Shown here: positions 22,299-35,568 of the stretch, in pieces
How positions within the stretch are numbered: position 1 is the first letter of the stretch
Layout of the letters: each line of letters opens with the position of its first letter
Assembly (NCBI RefSeq): GCF_963921235.1
Contig: NC_086108.1
Coordinates: forward strand, 87,174,001 to 87,238,000
Direction of reading: 5' to 3'
Length of the DNA stretch: 64,000 nt
Source of the DNA: Mobula hypostoma
Taxonomy: Eukaryota
Position numbers and translations under genes: made by a program
The notes under the pieces: model-generated
Database searches by the model: none
What the model saw: the letters and a program-made list of their open reading frames with translations, nothing else
Told to the model about the DNA's origin: nothing

Positions 22299-23029
22299 GT
22301 CTACACTTTTTGCTGCTGCAGTAACATAATCAAAGACCCCACTCATCTCCAACGTTCTCTCTTCACCCCATCCAGAGATCTAAAAGCCTCAAAGCATGTA
22401 CCACCAGGCTCAACAATGGACTGCATGGTACTGATAGGGTTTGTGAGATACAGGCATGCAATGCCAATGCTGGAAGCATGGCAACACTTGTGGGCTGCCC
22501 CAAGAACAATTCTTAGACTGTGTTGGTCATTGATGCAAGATGGCACATTTCAATATACGTGTAACAAATAACGCTATTCCACAATTAAAAATCCATAGAC
22601 TGGACCTCTTATACACTAAGATAGACTCCTGAACTCACAGTCCACCTCAACATTGCCTTACACCTTATTGTCTGCCTGCACCACAGTTTCTCTGTAGCTG
22701 TAACACTTAATTCTTATTCTGTTATTGTTTTTCCCTTACACAACCTCAATATACTGATGTGATAAAGTGAATGGCATGGATGACATGAAAAAAAGGGTTT
22801 TTCAGTATATCTTAGTACATATGGCAATAATAAACCAATTTACCAGTTTACCATTGTAAAAGGACATGTATGGGAATAGTAATATAGTGGAGGAGCACAT
22901 CATTTTAATTATTGATCAAGCAACAATTAACAGTGCGTTAGACAAAAGAACTCACCCATTTGGAGTTGAGTTGGAGCATGAGGATGAGGAGATTATCATT
23001 CCAGAAGAGCATCAAAGGAGCAAATTATG

Positions 23030-23455
23030 TGATTTGGTTCAAGTCTGTACTGCCATTCCATCGTGGCTAATTTATTATCCCTCTCAACTCCATTCCCCTG
23101 CCTTTCCCCCAAAACCTTTGACATCCTTACTAATCCAGAACCTATCAACCTCCACTTTAAATATCCCAAATAACATGGCCTCCACTTCTGTCTGTAGCAA
23201 TGAATTCCACAGATTCACCATCCACTGGCTAAAGGAATTCCTCCTCATCTCTATTCTAAAGGAACGTCAGTGTTTACTGATGCTGTGCCCTCAGGTCCTA
23301 GACTCCCCCACAATAGAATCCCTCCTCATTCTGCTGACCTCCAGCAAGGCAGGCCCAGAGCCATCAAACATTCCTCATATGTTAACCATTTCATTCCCAG
23401 AATCATTCTCATAAGCCTTCTCTGAACCCTCTTCAATGCCAGCACATCTTTGGCA
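23030..23455 (-). mobile_element. CR1 3' fragment
   Basis: Reverse complement matches the CR1 C-terminus and 3' UTR of the other copies. Confidence 0.7.
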
Positions 23456-23529
23456 TTATTTTAGCATGGTAATTAGTAATCATTTATCTTTGGACTCAAA
23501 GGTAGCCAATTCCGATAAAGAAATGAGAT

Positions 23530-24260
23530 GCAATACACTACAGATGTTGGAATATGGAACAAAATTGTAGAGGAACTCACTGAGTTAAGCAGCATCTGTT
23601 TCAGGCTGAGATTCTGCATCAGGACTGAAGGTGTAGAGGGAAGATCACCACTATAAAGAGGTGAGGGGGGAGAGGTGAGACAGGTGCTGGTAGTTGATAG
23701 GTAGAACCAGGTGAAGTGGGAGAAGATGGGTGGGTGGACACAATTGGGAAAAGGAGCAGAAGGAGTTTAGAAACAGAAGCTAGTGGGTGATAAGTGCAAC
23801 CAGATAAAAGAGGGCTGATGAGCTGATGAACCAGGTGGGAAAAGGAATATAAAGGGCAGAACCAAGGGAGAAGAAACCCAGGTGGATGGGTATGTAGCTG
23901 AAGGACAGAACGAACCAGGTGGCAGAAGATAATGTCTTTGGGGGCAGGATGGCAGCAGAGAGAAAGGAAGGAAAAGATGAACAAAAGGCAAAAAGGACCT
24001 AGGTGAACTGGTAGGTGTGGGAAAGGAACATTAGGGTTTTGAAAATGGGAAAATCAATGTTCATACTATTGGGCTGTAGGCTACTCAAGTGTAATCCGAG
24101 GTGTTGTTCATCTACTCTGTGTTTCGTCTCGCTGTGGCATTGAAGAACCTGACAGACAGGCAGGTGAGTGTGGGAATGGGAGGTTGAAATGATATACAAG
24201 TGCAATTGCAGACAGAGCTCAGGCGCTTCACAGAAGAATTGGCCCAATCAGTGATCACCG
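23530..24260 (-). mobile_element. Penelope-like 3' fragment, decayed
   Basis: STSHSHTHLPVC..L.CHSETKHRVDEQHL...SLQPNSMNIDF (GIY-YIG C-terminus) plus pLTR tail. Confidence 0.75.
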
Positions 24261-25451
24261 GTGCTGTAAAATGTAACAGGAGTTATGTTACCATGCTGTC
24301 TACTGTTGAGCCTGTGGTACATGCTTTCAGGGTTTTGTATCTTCTGCCTGAAGGGAGGGGGGGCGAAGAGAGAATGTTGGAGATGAGAGGGGTCTTTGAT
24401 CCTTGCAGACACCAAACACAATCCTGGGCAAGTGTCTTTCAGACATGAACCTTTAAGTCTCGTAAAAATCTGAACTTACGACCATTACTTCTGTTCAGCA
24501 AAAATTGAGGATGTATATTTAAAATAGCTACCATATTTTTCAAGAAATAATAATTTATGTAATTCTAATGAGTAATCATAATTTTTGTAATAGTAAAGGG
24601 ACCTGCATGGATGTGGTCCATGCAGAAAGTTTATCTCTCCATGTAGAAAGTTTAGGCAAGCTATTGGATAATTTGTTTCACTGAAACCATAAACTCTTTA
24701 GAATTGTTTGAAGACAAAAGATGCAGCTGCTGTTCAAAACTTTTAAAAATTAAATTGTTAAAAACTTCATTTTTTCAGGATATTGTGTAATTGCTGGTGA
24801 ATGGGGATTGTTTGCGGTCATAATGTCTGAATATGATCAGACTATTCAGATACAGCAAGAACAATCTTAACTTTAAATTGCCATAATTTGTCTGGTGATT
24901 ATCATGACAATCAATGGCAAGGCTCCTGGCTTGTCAAGACAATGCTAGATAGAGTTTAATGATTTTACCAGGTCAGCAAGGGTAAGCAGACCCATCCAGC
25001 TTCTGAGATTGCATTGTAAAGCAAGTTTTCCACACTCAAAATACTCTTCTTTCATGAATGTACAAAATCATGGGAATTACTGACTGCCAATACAATTATT
25101 TGTACTCCAGTGTGATGCCAGTATCAGATACATTTATCTTTCCCTTCCCCTTTCAGCATTCAGGTTGCCTTTCCAACTGCTTCACTCTGTTTCTTTCTTC
25201 CATCTTCAGTAATATGTAGTCCCTATCTTTGTGCCATGCAACCATGGAAAATGCAGCTTTCAAATGTTTACCTCCACCCTTTCCATCTTCCAGAGTAAAG
25301 CAGTAATTTACTTGTTCCAGTTTTATGTACTACAACTCGTGGACATAATGTGGATTTCCCCACTTCATAGAAACCAAAAGCTCACTTTCAAGGACTCTAC
25401 AAAACATGTTCTCATTATGTAAGTATGTAAGTATTATTATTGTTGTTATTT

Positions 25452-25985
25452 TTATTTTTTCTCAATTCAAGCTGGTAAAACCTGAGGTATGGCCAAACAC
25501 ACTCATTTCTCAATTGCTAGGAACTTTCAAACTATTCTACTGCTGTTTAGTATTGTGGTTTACTGGAGATTTATAAAAATATTGCTGTGTAGGTTTAACT
25601 GTTCAATGCTATTGTGTGTAGATATTACTATTGAGACAATGTATACCCTTTTCATATTCCATAGTCTTTCAATTTCCTTTTTTAATTCAACGTATTTCTA
25701 GTGTTTTTCACTCATTGATTTTTGTATGTTATGTGTGTTCAGAATGGTTATATTTATTAAGTAAGCTGTTCTTACTTGTTTATCCTGTAACATTATATTC
25801 AGATGGCTATTATAGATGATAGTATCTGCAATAATGGATCAATCATAATATAATTTGTAGGACTCTGACTCTAAAGCTGGATCAGGATTGGATTTACAGT
25901 AAGGTATTGTATCTTCTTATGAGTTTGGTATTTTAAAGCAAGATTTTGGTGAATGAATTTTGCGATTTGATGGTTCATATTTCTT
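25452..25985 (-). mobile_element. Second R4/Dong-like 3' fragment
   Basis: Homologous to 6458-6900 (CTCAATTCAAGCTGG...CTGAGGTATG...GGAACTTTC); includes the REL endonuclease region. Confidence 0.75.
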
Positions 25986-26519
25986 TTTTCTCCTTATGGT
26001 TTTTTAGTTACCTTTTGTTGGCTATTAAAAGGTTCTCAATTCTTGAACTTCCCATTAATTCTTGCTATATTATATGTTCTTTCAAACTGCTCTAAAAGCC
26101 ATTCATAGCCATTCTGCAAATTCCCTCTTATGGGATCCAGCACCACACTAATTTTACTAATCTACTTGCATGTTGAAATCCCCATTATGATGGTAACATT
26201 GGTCTTTTTACATACTTTTTCTATTTCCTGTTGAAATTTATATCCCACATCCTGGCTACTGTTCAGAGACCTGTACATAACTCCCATCAGGGTCTTTTTA
26301 CCCTTGTGAGTTTCTTAACTCTACCCACAAGAACTCTACACCCTCTGATCCTATGTCATCTCTTCCTAAGGAATTGATTTCATTTTTTACCAAGAGAGCC
26401 AACCCACACCCTCTGCCTAACTTAGACACGAGGAATTCTGCAGATGCTGGAAATTCAAGCAACACACATCAAGTTGCTGGTGGATGCAGCAGGCCAAGCA
26501 GCATCTCTAGGAAGAGGTA

Positions 26520-26561
26520 CAGTCGACGTTTCAGGCCAAGACCCTTCGTCAGGACTAACTG
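26520..26561 (-). ncRNA. Minimal type I hammerhead ribozyme (Penelope-associated), core intact
   Basis: AGUC-CUGACGA-AGGGUCUUGGCCU-GAAACGUC-GACU: stem I AGUC/GACU, both core boxes present, ACGU palindrome in place of stem III. Confidence 0.8.
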
Positions 26562-27337
26562 AAGGAAGAGCTAGTAAGAGATTTGAAAGTGGGAGGGGGA
26601 GGGGGAGATCCAAAATGATAGGAGAAGACAGGAGGGGGAGGTATGGAGCCAAGAGCTGGACAGGTGATTGGCAAAAGAGATATGAGAGGATCATGGGACA
26701 GGAGGCCCAGGGAGAAGGAAACGGGGGAGAGGGGGAAAACCCAGAGGATGGGCAAGGGGTATAGTCACAGGGCAGAGGGAGAAAAAGGAGAGAGAGAGAT
26801 AGAAGGTGTGTATATAAATAAATAATGGATGGGGTACGAGGGGGAGGTGGGGCATTAGCGGAAGTTAGAGAAGTCAATGTTCATGCCATCAGGTTCCACC
26901 TCTACTGTGAAGTGTCTATCCACAGCCTCCTCTAGTGTAAAGATGAAGCCACACTCAGGTTGGAGGAACAACACCTTATATTCCGTCTGGGTAGCCTCCA
27001 ACCTGATGGCATGAACATTGACTTCTCTAACTTCTGCTATTGCCCCACCTCCCCCTCGTACCCCATCCATTATTTATTTATGTACACACTTTCTTTCTCT
27101 CTCTCTCTCTCCTTTTTCTCCCTCTGTCCCTCTGACTATACCCCTTGCCCATCCTCTGGGTTTTCCCCCCTCCCCCTTTTCCTTCTCCCTAGGCCTCCCA
27201 TCCCATGATCCTCTCATATCCCTTTTGCCAATCATCTGTCCAGCTCTTGGCTCCATCCCTCCCCCTCCTGTCTTCTCCTATCATTGTGGATCTCCCCCTC
27301 CCCCTCCCACTTTCAAATCTCTTACTAGCTCTTCCTT

Positions 27338-27380
27338 CAGTTAGTCCTGACGAAGGGTCTCAGCCTGAAACATCGACTGT
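27338..27380 (+). ncRNA. Minimal type I hammerhead ribozyme, palindrome mutated
   Basis: AGUC-CUGACGA-AGGGUCUCAGCCU-GAAACAUC-GACU. Confidence 0.7.
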
Positions 27381-27479
27381 ATCTCTTCCTGGAGATGCTG
27401 CCTGGCCTGCTGCGTCCACCAGCAACTTTGATGTGTGTCCCTCTGCCTAACTGCTTGTCTTTTCAATACAAGGTGTATT

Positions 27480-28592
27480 GATAGAAGCTGATTGATAAAC
27501 TACAGAATCCAGGCTTCTGTACCACCCCCCCCTCCCCCCACTGCAATTGGATCCTTGATTCCCGAACTGGAAGATTACAATCTGTGCAGATTGGTGATAA
27601 CATATCCTCCTCGCTGACGATCAACACTGGTGCACTTCAAGGGTGTGTGCTTAGCCCACTGCTCTACTCTCTCTATACCCATGACTGTGTGGCTAGGCGT
27701 AGCTCGAATACCATCTATAAATTTGCTGATGATGCAACAATTGTTGTTAGAATCTCAAATGGTGACAAGAGGGCATTCAGGAGTAAGGTATGCCAACTAG
27801 TGGTGTGGTGTCGCAGCAACAACCTGGTACTTACCGTCGGTAAGATGGAAGAGCTGATTGTGGACTTCAGGAAGGGTAAGACAAAGGAACACATACCAAT
27901 CCTCATAGAGGGATCAGAAGTGGAGAGAGAGAGCAGTTTCAAGTTCCTGGATATCAAGATCTCTGACAATCTAACCTGGTCCCAACATACTGATGCAGTT
28001 ATAAAGAAGGCAAGATAGCAACTATACTTCATTAGGAGTTTGAAGAGATTTGGCATGTCAACAAATACACTCAAAAACTTCTACAGATCTACTGTGGAGA
28101 ACATTCTGACAGGCTGCTTCACGGTCTGGTAATGGGGGGTGGGGGGGCAGGAGGTGCTACTGCACAGGACCAGAAGAAACTGCAGAGGGTTGTAAATCTA
28201 GTCAGCTCCATCTTGGCTACTGGCCTACAAAGTACCCAGGACATCTTCAAGGCGTGGTGTCTCAAAAAGGCAATGTCCCTTATTAAGGACCTCCAGTACC
28301 CAGGGCATGCCCTTTTCTCACTGTTACCATCAGGAAGGAGGTACAGAAGCCTGAAGGCACACACTCAGCGATTCAGAAACAGCTTCTTCCCCTCTACCAT
28401 CCGATTCCTAAATGGACATTGAATCTTTGAACACTACCTCACTTTTTTAATATATATTATTTCTGGTTTTTGCATGATTTTTCATCCATCCATCCATTAT
28501 ATATCATGTATTGCATTGAACTGCTACTGCTAAGTTAACAAATTTCACGACATAGGCCAGTGATAATAAACCTGATTATGATTCTGGTTCTG
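27480..28592 (+). mobile_element. Rex1/Babar-type LINE 3' portion (RT C-half + tail)
   Basis: TGALQGCVLSPLLYSLYTHDC...KFADD...ELIVDFRK...LLPSGRRYRSLKAHTQRFRNSFFP; tail AATAAACCTGATTATGATTCTG. Confidence 0.88.
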
Positions 28593-31151
28593 ATCCTTGG
28601 ATGTTTAGCTCCCAACTATGATCTTCTTTCAACCACAACTGAGTGATGCCCACAACATTATTCCTGCCAATCTTTAATTGCGCTACAAGATTATCTACCT
28701 TATTCTGTATTCTGTGTGCATTCAAATATAACACCTTCAGTCCTGCATTCCTCACCCTTCTTGATTTTGCTCCAATGTTGCAAATCAACTCATCCCACTG
28801 ACTGTAACTTTGCCCTATCCTTCCTCACAGTCTCCCTTCACACTGTATCTATTTGTATACTAACTGCCCCATCCTCAGCACTGTCATTCTGGTTTCCATC
28901 CATCTGACAATTTAATTTAAACCCTCCCAAGCAGTTCTAGCTATCCTGCCCGCAAGGATATTGGTCACACTGGGGTGCAGCTGTAACCCTGTCCTTATAC
29001 AGATCATACCTTCTTCCGAGGTGATCCCAATGATCCAGAAATTGAAAATTTGCCCCTGCACCATTTCCTCGGCCATTCACTCATCTGTTCATCATTCTGT
29101 TCCTGCCCTGCCTAGCAAGTAGCATTGGGAGTAATGCAGAGATTATTACCTTAGAGGTCCCGTTCTTCAGCCTTTTCCCTAACTCCCTAAATCCCCCCTT
29201 CCTCATTTCCCCCTTCTACCTATGTCTTGGTGCCAATCCACACCGTGACCTCTGTCTGCCCACCCTCCTTCTTGAGTATTCTCTGCAACTGCTCTGAGAC
29301 ATCCTGGATTCTAGCACCTGGGAAGCAACACATCATCATGATTTCTCTTCCGCGGCCACAGAATCTACTGTCTGTTCTTCTTACCATTGAGTCTCCTATC
29401 ACCACCACACTACCTGAACTTTACCCTTCCCTGCTGAGCCTCAGAGCTGATGCTGTACCCTGCTCAGTCATCCCCCCCCACTTCCCATTGTATCCAAAGT
29501 GGTATACTTGTTGCTGAGGGGAAATAGCCACAGGGGAACCCTGCATTGACTGCTTCTTCTGGTGGTCAACCATCTGCTATGTCAAGCCTGCACCCTGGAT
29601 GTGACCCCCTCAGTAACAGATTCCTCTATGAATTTTCAGCCTCCCAGATGGTCCTGAGTGCATCCACCTCCAGCTCCATTTCCTTTATAGTCATGAGCTG
29701 AAGTTGGGTGCACTTCCTGCAGATGTAGTCATCAGAGAGACCATTAGGGAACCTGAAACCCCATATCTCACAGGAGGAGCATTCCATTGCCTGAATCATC
29801 ATCTTGCCTACACTGGTTATGCCACGAACATCTCAAATTTAAATTCCAGCCTGCGCCTGTTGTCGTCCAAGCCTGTTGAACCAAAGCCTGGCCACTCTAA
29901 CACTGTCCACTCAAACAATGGCCACTCCACTCGAACTCCACTTCTTTTTATTGGACCTTGCTAATTAAACCAAGCAATCTCCCACTCTGCAGACTAGTCC
30001 CAATGGGTACTGCTCACATTTTAAAACTGGTACATAAACTTCACAAGGAACTGTCTCCAACTCTCTCCATGGCCTCCCACTCCGGAGACAAGTCCTAACA
30101 GTCCTCACCCCTTTTTAAAACTAAATGATGTTGACAAATTGCTCATATTTACTCTCATTGTTGCTGATGATCAATTCCTTCACATTTTCAAGCTCATTGA
30201 AGCATGTATGCAGTGGGGAGTCAGCAGGAATCATTCCCACATCCATCCCCAATATTCATTAACTATGCTAAGGACATACCCCCGTGCATATATGTATAGC
30301 ATGTCCCATCAAAAGCAGACTCTTGTATATAGTGTTCAAATAGTCCACTTTACTACATGTATTGTGTTCTTATCTAAGGTCCATTGATACAAAATCAGAG
30401 CAAATTTCAAAATGAAAACAGCAAAGGAATAATTCTCTACAATAATAAAAAGTTACTTCTCTGTGGGATCAGTCTGCAAGACACAGGTGAATTGTTTTTC
30501 TGCTGACAGATGTTTGCAATAAACATAATATTGGAGGCCAGACAACATTCTCCATGTTTCACAGCCTCACTCATTACAGTAGATTGACCATTGATTATGT
30601 GAAAATTTGCATGAACACAATTCCTACATGAATCTCAAGACACAGATGCATTCAAGCAAGCTGTCCATTCCAGTTACATCCAGGCCAGACAAAATCACTG
30701 CTAATGAGCTTCAGGCAACCGGCTAGCAGGCAAAGTGAGTGACTGTCTGTACAAATCAGGTGCCATACCCGCTCCATGAAGTTGTCTTTTACCTCCTCTC
30801 ATGACAGCAATCTTCTTCCTTTTCATTTCCAGATAATGCCTTCAACAAGCAGCAAGCAATTTACAGAATGCACAGCAATTCCAATCTCCCTGCATAATCT
30901 ACTGAGCAACCTTGCAAAGCTCGCTAGTAATAAATAGGTTCAAATGGCCAGTTAGATCCCACAGATTGCAAAGATCAGCATTTCCATGGGTCGTATGTTA
31001 TTGCAATGTCACAAAGTACAATCGAGTTTATTCCTCAAGATATCAATATCAGCACCTCCACTGAAACAAAGATATGATCAGAATGTGATCTGGAAAGAGA
31101 ATTGTGTATTGACATTTTGCTCGATATTATTGACCACTTATTATTCCAAAG

Positions 31152-31251
31152 TAACACACACAAAATGGTTAAAGAACTAAGTAGGTCAGACAGCATCTAT
31201 GGAGAGGAATAAACAGTCTATATTTCAGGCTGAGACCCTTCATCATGACTC
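31152..31251 (-). mobile_element. ~100-bp Penelope pLTR mini-insert (degenerate HHR + tail)
   Basis: Reverse complement reads AGUCAUGAUGAAGGGUCUCAGCCUGAAAUAUAGACUG plus tail to TTTTGTGTGTG. Confidence 0.7.
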
Positions 31252-33179
31252 AAATTTTGTCTGTAATTTTAGATAGGAATATTGTAGAGCCAAAGCTTTT
31301 CACTCTGTTTTGGTGCATAAGACATTGCAAATATCTGTGTGTGGTATTTCTTATTGTTTGTGAATTTGAAATGGGCAATACAAATTCTTCCTCAGCAATT
31401 ATTGTGGTGCTGGTACCATTGTAAAGCTTGACAGGAAAGATTCAAGTCCAGTGACATTCACAATTTGGCAATGGTCTCACCATTTTCTTGACTGATTGTA
31501 GACTATTTGCTGCTATCTTCTGGGAAAAATAAACCATCCTTTTCCACACAGGTGCATATTGTAGAGCTTAAATGTTATGCTCATGAAGCTGGCTGAACAG
31601 TTGTTCAGGTATTTCGAACTTTTCCTCTTCTATAATTGTTGCAAAGAAAATGCCATCTTGGTTCATTCACACTGCTGGATTTCCTTCAACATCTTGTCCA
31701 CAGTGTGAAACGTTTTAGTTCATGACTTTAAGGTCATTGACTGGACTGATATTGTTATCCATGTTAAAGCTGTACATATACATGAGGCAGATCCAACAAT
31801 CAAATCTTTGGCCTCTAACAACTTAGCATAGGACTCTATCAATACATACGATGTGTTTTATGGCTAATCTGCATGGCTAATCTGAGGATTACCATGAAAT
31901 CACTCTAATGTTAAACAGTTTAGGGAACGATAACAATGAAAACTGTGTAGCCTTTGTACCATTTAATGCCAGCCTATAAACCTGATGGTGTAGTGGTCTT
32001 TCAAACTATTCTTAGTTGTTGAAGCCAATCATTTCCTCTACAGCTTGGACAGGTTTTTTAATTACTTCAATTGTTAGCCTGATTTTTGACTGTTTTGAAA
32101 AACTGCATCTGACATAGAAACCAGTGCTTCCCCAACACTGGGCCAATCATTCCCAACAGACCAAACCCCACCCATACCTAGCCCTGCCAGCACAGTAATC
32201 TCCCTCTTGCTGCACCGCTCCTAAGGGCCTGAGACACAGAGAGCAACAAGCAGAAATTAACTGCAGGCAAAGTGAAACATGACCCCAGCACTGGTCCACT
32301 CTGATGGAATTGCAATAGCTCACGCTTTCTGCTACATCCAAAGTCCGAGACCACAAAAACAAAACTGAAAAAATATAGGCAATTTTGGGGAGTTAAACAT
32401 CAATTTAAAAATTCCACAAACACATATTAAGATGAACTTCCGATTTCTCAATACACCCCTCATTGCCCTTGTAATTGATTTGTCTAACTGCTCTACTTTC
32501 TCTGTAATGACAACGCTGTGTCTCCAATCTGCTTTCCTTATGTACACTTAAATTTACCTATACTTGGATAACCTGTCTAAATGGCACACCAATGACACTT
32601 TTCTCTGTATCTCAAGATATTTGACAATAATAAACCAATTAGCAATTTAATTATTAAGAACTATTTAAAATAAACAGTAATATAATTTAAAATAAAGCAA
32701 CTGCTTTTCACTTACTTTTTGGGAGAAGATCAGCAATCTCGTTTAAATGGATGGGTGTGCCCGAGGTACACCATCTTGGGTCTGCTGGCAGATACAATGT
32801 GGGTCATGCCCCTTAGCTCGTTAAGTTACAAAACCCAGATAGAAATTTAACCACTCCAAATTTTTGAAAACTGGAAGAAAAAATGTCAGGCAGACTCTGT
32901 GGAAAGAGAAACATGGGTAATGTTTGAAGTCAAAGACATTTTGTCGAAACTGAGAAAGAGGAACAAAAGCCAGTTTTATGTTGAAGAGAAGGTGGAGAAG
33001 GGATGGAGAGAGCAAAGAGCATATTTCTAATTGGATGAAGTCAGGGTTGTCATGGAAATAAACTGTTGATAAAGCCATCTGTAGATGGATTTGATAGATT
33101 AATGAGAATAGCTGGAGAGAGAGAGAGAGAGAGCGCACAAACAAAGGAACAGATAAAAACTGTAAAGTACCAAAGCTAA

Positions 33180-33495
33180 GACCGTAAGACATAGGAGCAG
33201 AATTAAGTTATTCTGCCCATCAAGTCCGCTCTGCCATTTGATTATGGCTGATTTATTATCCCTCCGAATCCCATTCCCCTGCCTTCTCCTCATTACCTTT
33301 GATACCCTTACTAATCAACACCCTATCAATGTCTTATTTAAATATACCCAATATCTTGGGAGTCCACAACTCTCTGTGGCAATAAGTTTCACAGATTCAC
33401 CATCTTCTGGCTAAAGAATTTCCTCCTCATCTCTATTCTAAAGGGGTGTGTTTTTATTCTGAGGCTGTTCCCTCTGATCCAAGACTCTCCTAATA
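33180..33495 (-). mobile_element. CR1 3' end fragment
   Basis: CATAGGAGCAGAATT... 3' UTR shared with the other CR1 copies. Confidence 0.7.
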
Positions 33496-35568
33496 AACAC
33501 TGCAATATCCAAAGAGCAATAAACTTTGCTGAGGTCCAAACTCACCCATTTACTGTGTAGGAAAATCCCAGCAGCATGTCAAGGTGGAAAGAGAAAAACC
33601 GTCAATGTGGGAGATGGATGACTTGCAGCAGAATGTACAAGTTCTAATACAAAACAATTAAATTATGTTGAATTGCTGAATACTCTCATCTCAAGATGTG
33701 TTCAAAGACAGAATAAGAGTGTATATGTGCTACAAGCAGTGTTTAATACAGAGATTCCCAGCAGGGGCAGTATCACACCCCAGTGGGACAGTTACTTGTC
33801 CTAAGGGGGTGTGGATAAGGGGAAATAGAAGTCATTAGGATATGTTCAAGATCCATGGGGGAGAGGTTTGTAAGCACTACCCTAACTTGAGGCATGAGAC
33901 CTGACCGACCACTAGTAAAAAAGGCTCTTCCAAAAAAATGGATGAGGCACTGGAACAAAAGAAGAATCATAGCCCTGCAGGCAGTGAGCACTTCTCAACT
34001 GGGCAATTTCATCCAACCTTACTAACCAAACAGACAGTATTAGGAGGTATAAATTAGCAACCAGGGTTCCCAGCAGTTCCCTTTGACTCACAGCATGGAA
34101 CAAGTTCATGCAATTTAACAGTCATTAAGTCAAGTACACCCACTGAACTTTCTCTACAGATCTATGGAAAACAGAGCACGCAATGATACAGTGCTGGCTG
34201 GAACCGAACGGTGAAATAGAGCCAATCAGTGAACCTGCTGACCACAAGGGTTCCTCTTGAGGTATTCAAAATGACCTTGGCTTTATATGTGCAGTCAAGA
34301 ACCACTTTTGGTCAATCACGCTAACTGGAATATTATAAAGGCAGCTTGCCGAACACCAGCTCTATCCCGACTAACATCCAGATTCCAATCTGAATTCTCG
34401 TCAACGTAATTTGCACTGTTGTGATCGTCTTCATCTTTGCCTCGCTGTTCCTTTGTGTGCCGTTACCATCATTTGATCTGTGTCAACTTGCTGTTGTCAT
34501 CAACATATGATAGGCCTTCTCAGTTTGTGTTAATTTTTTTAGTTTAATTTAGCCCCGTTGATGTTAGATAAATATGTATGGCGCGATTTCTATGAGTCAG
34601 AAGGCAGTGAAGCCTTGAATTCGAATCTGTTAAGAAACAGAAACTACAGGAAGTACGTCAGTACAATATTACATACCTGGAGTATGGTTTGATCTCATTT
34701 CTGTCAGATCAGCGAAGCCATGAAACCATCAAGATTGCAGGAACACTTCCATAAAAGACACACTGAAAAGCTGTCTTCTCAGTTCCAGAAGATGAAAGAA
34801 GTATTTGAAAAGCATTACACACTTAAGTCATTTGCCAAGAATGCTAAAAATAAGCTTCGTAGTGGTGTCCTTGCTTCTTATAACATTTCCAAAATGATAG
34901 CGAAGTGTGGGAAATCTCATACAACTGGTGAAAGATTAATAATGCCTGCTGTGTCAGAAGTGCTCACCACTGTTCTCAAAATGGAAACCAGTATTTTAAA
35001 ATCAATTCCTCTCAGTAATAACTGTAGCTTATTGTCCTGGCAATATGAGTGAAGACATTGATTATCAACTATGCACAGAGCTGCAAAAAAAACAGAATTT
35101 GGGGTACAACTGGATGAGTCAACTGTGCAAGACCATGTTAATGGCATATGTACGGTTTATCAAAAATGGAAAAGTTTATGAAGAGATTCTCTTTCGTAAA
35201 AAGTGGAAAACAAATATCCACAGAGAATCAATCTGTGGTGAGCTCAAAATGTACATTGAAGATAAAAGTATTCTGATTAGGAAAATGATTCATTTGTGCA
35301 ACAGATGGAGCATCATATACAACAGGTTGCCATGCTGGTTTAGTGGCACCTACGAAAAAAGAAATTCCAAATCTGTTTGCAATCCATTGTGTAATTCATC
35401 ATCAACATCTCACAGCCAAAAACCTCAGCCAGCAACTTTTTTCAAACATGTCTCTTGTAATATCTGCTATCAACAAAATTAAAGCTCACCCATTAAGTAG
35501 CAGAATATTTCTCCAGTTGTACCAAGATAACGCTGAAAAGTTTGATCACTTGCTTCTTCACACTGAAG

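Larger units (their letters stand above)
26423..27438. mobile_element. Young Penelope-like insertion with inverted pLTR arms
   Basis: 26462-26895 is the reverse complement of ~27000-27437. 14-bp TSD CCCTCTGCCTAACT (26409-26422 and 27439-27452). GIY-YIG tail LEEQHLIFRLGSLQPDGMNIDFSNF. Confidence 0.9.
26030..29960 (-). mobile_element. CR1 LINE 5' half: ORF1 (zinc finger + SGNH esterase) and APE endonuclease, split by Penelope and Rex1 insertions
   Basis: DDYICRKCTQL; VVIGDSMVR...CFPGARIQDV...WIG; LKVLYLNAH...GITQLWL. The endonuclease continues across both insertions. Confidence 0.82.
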
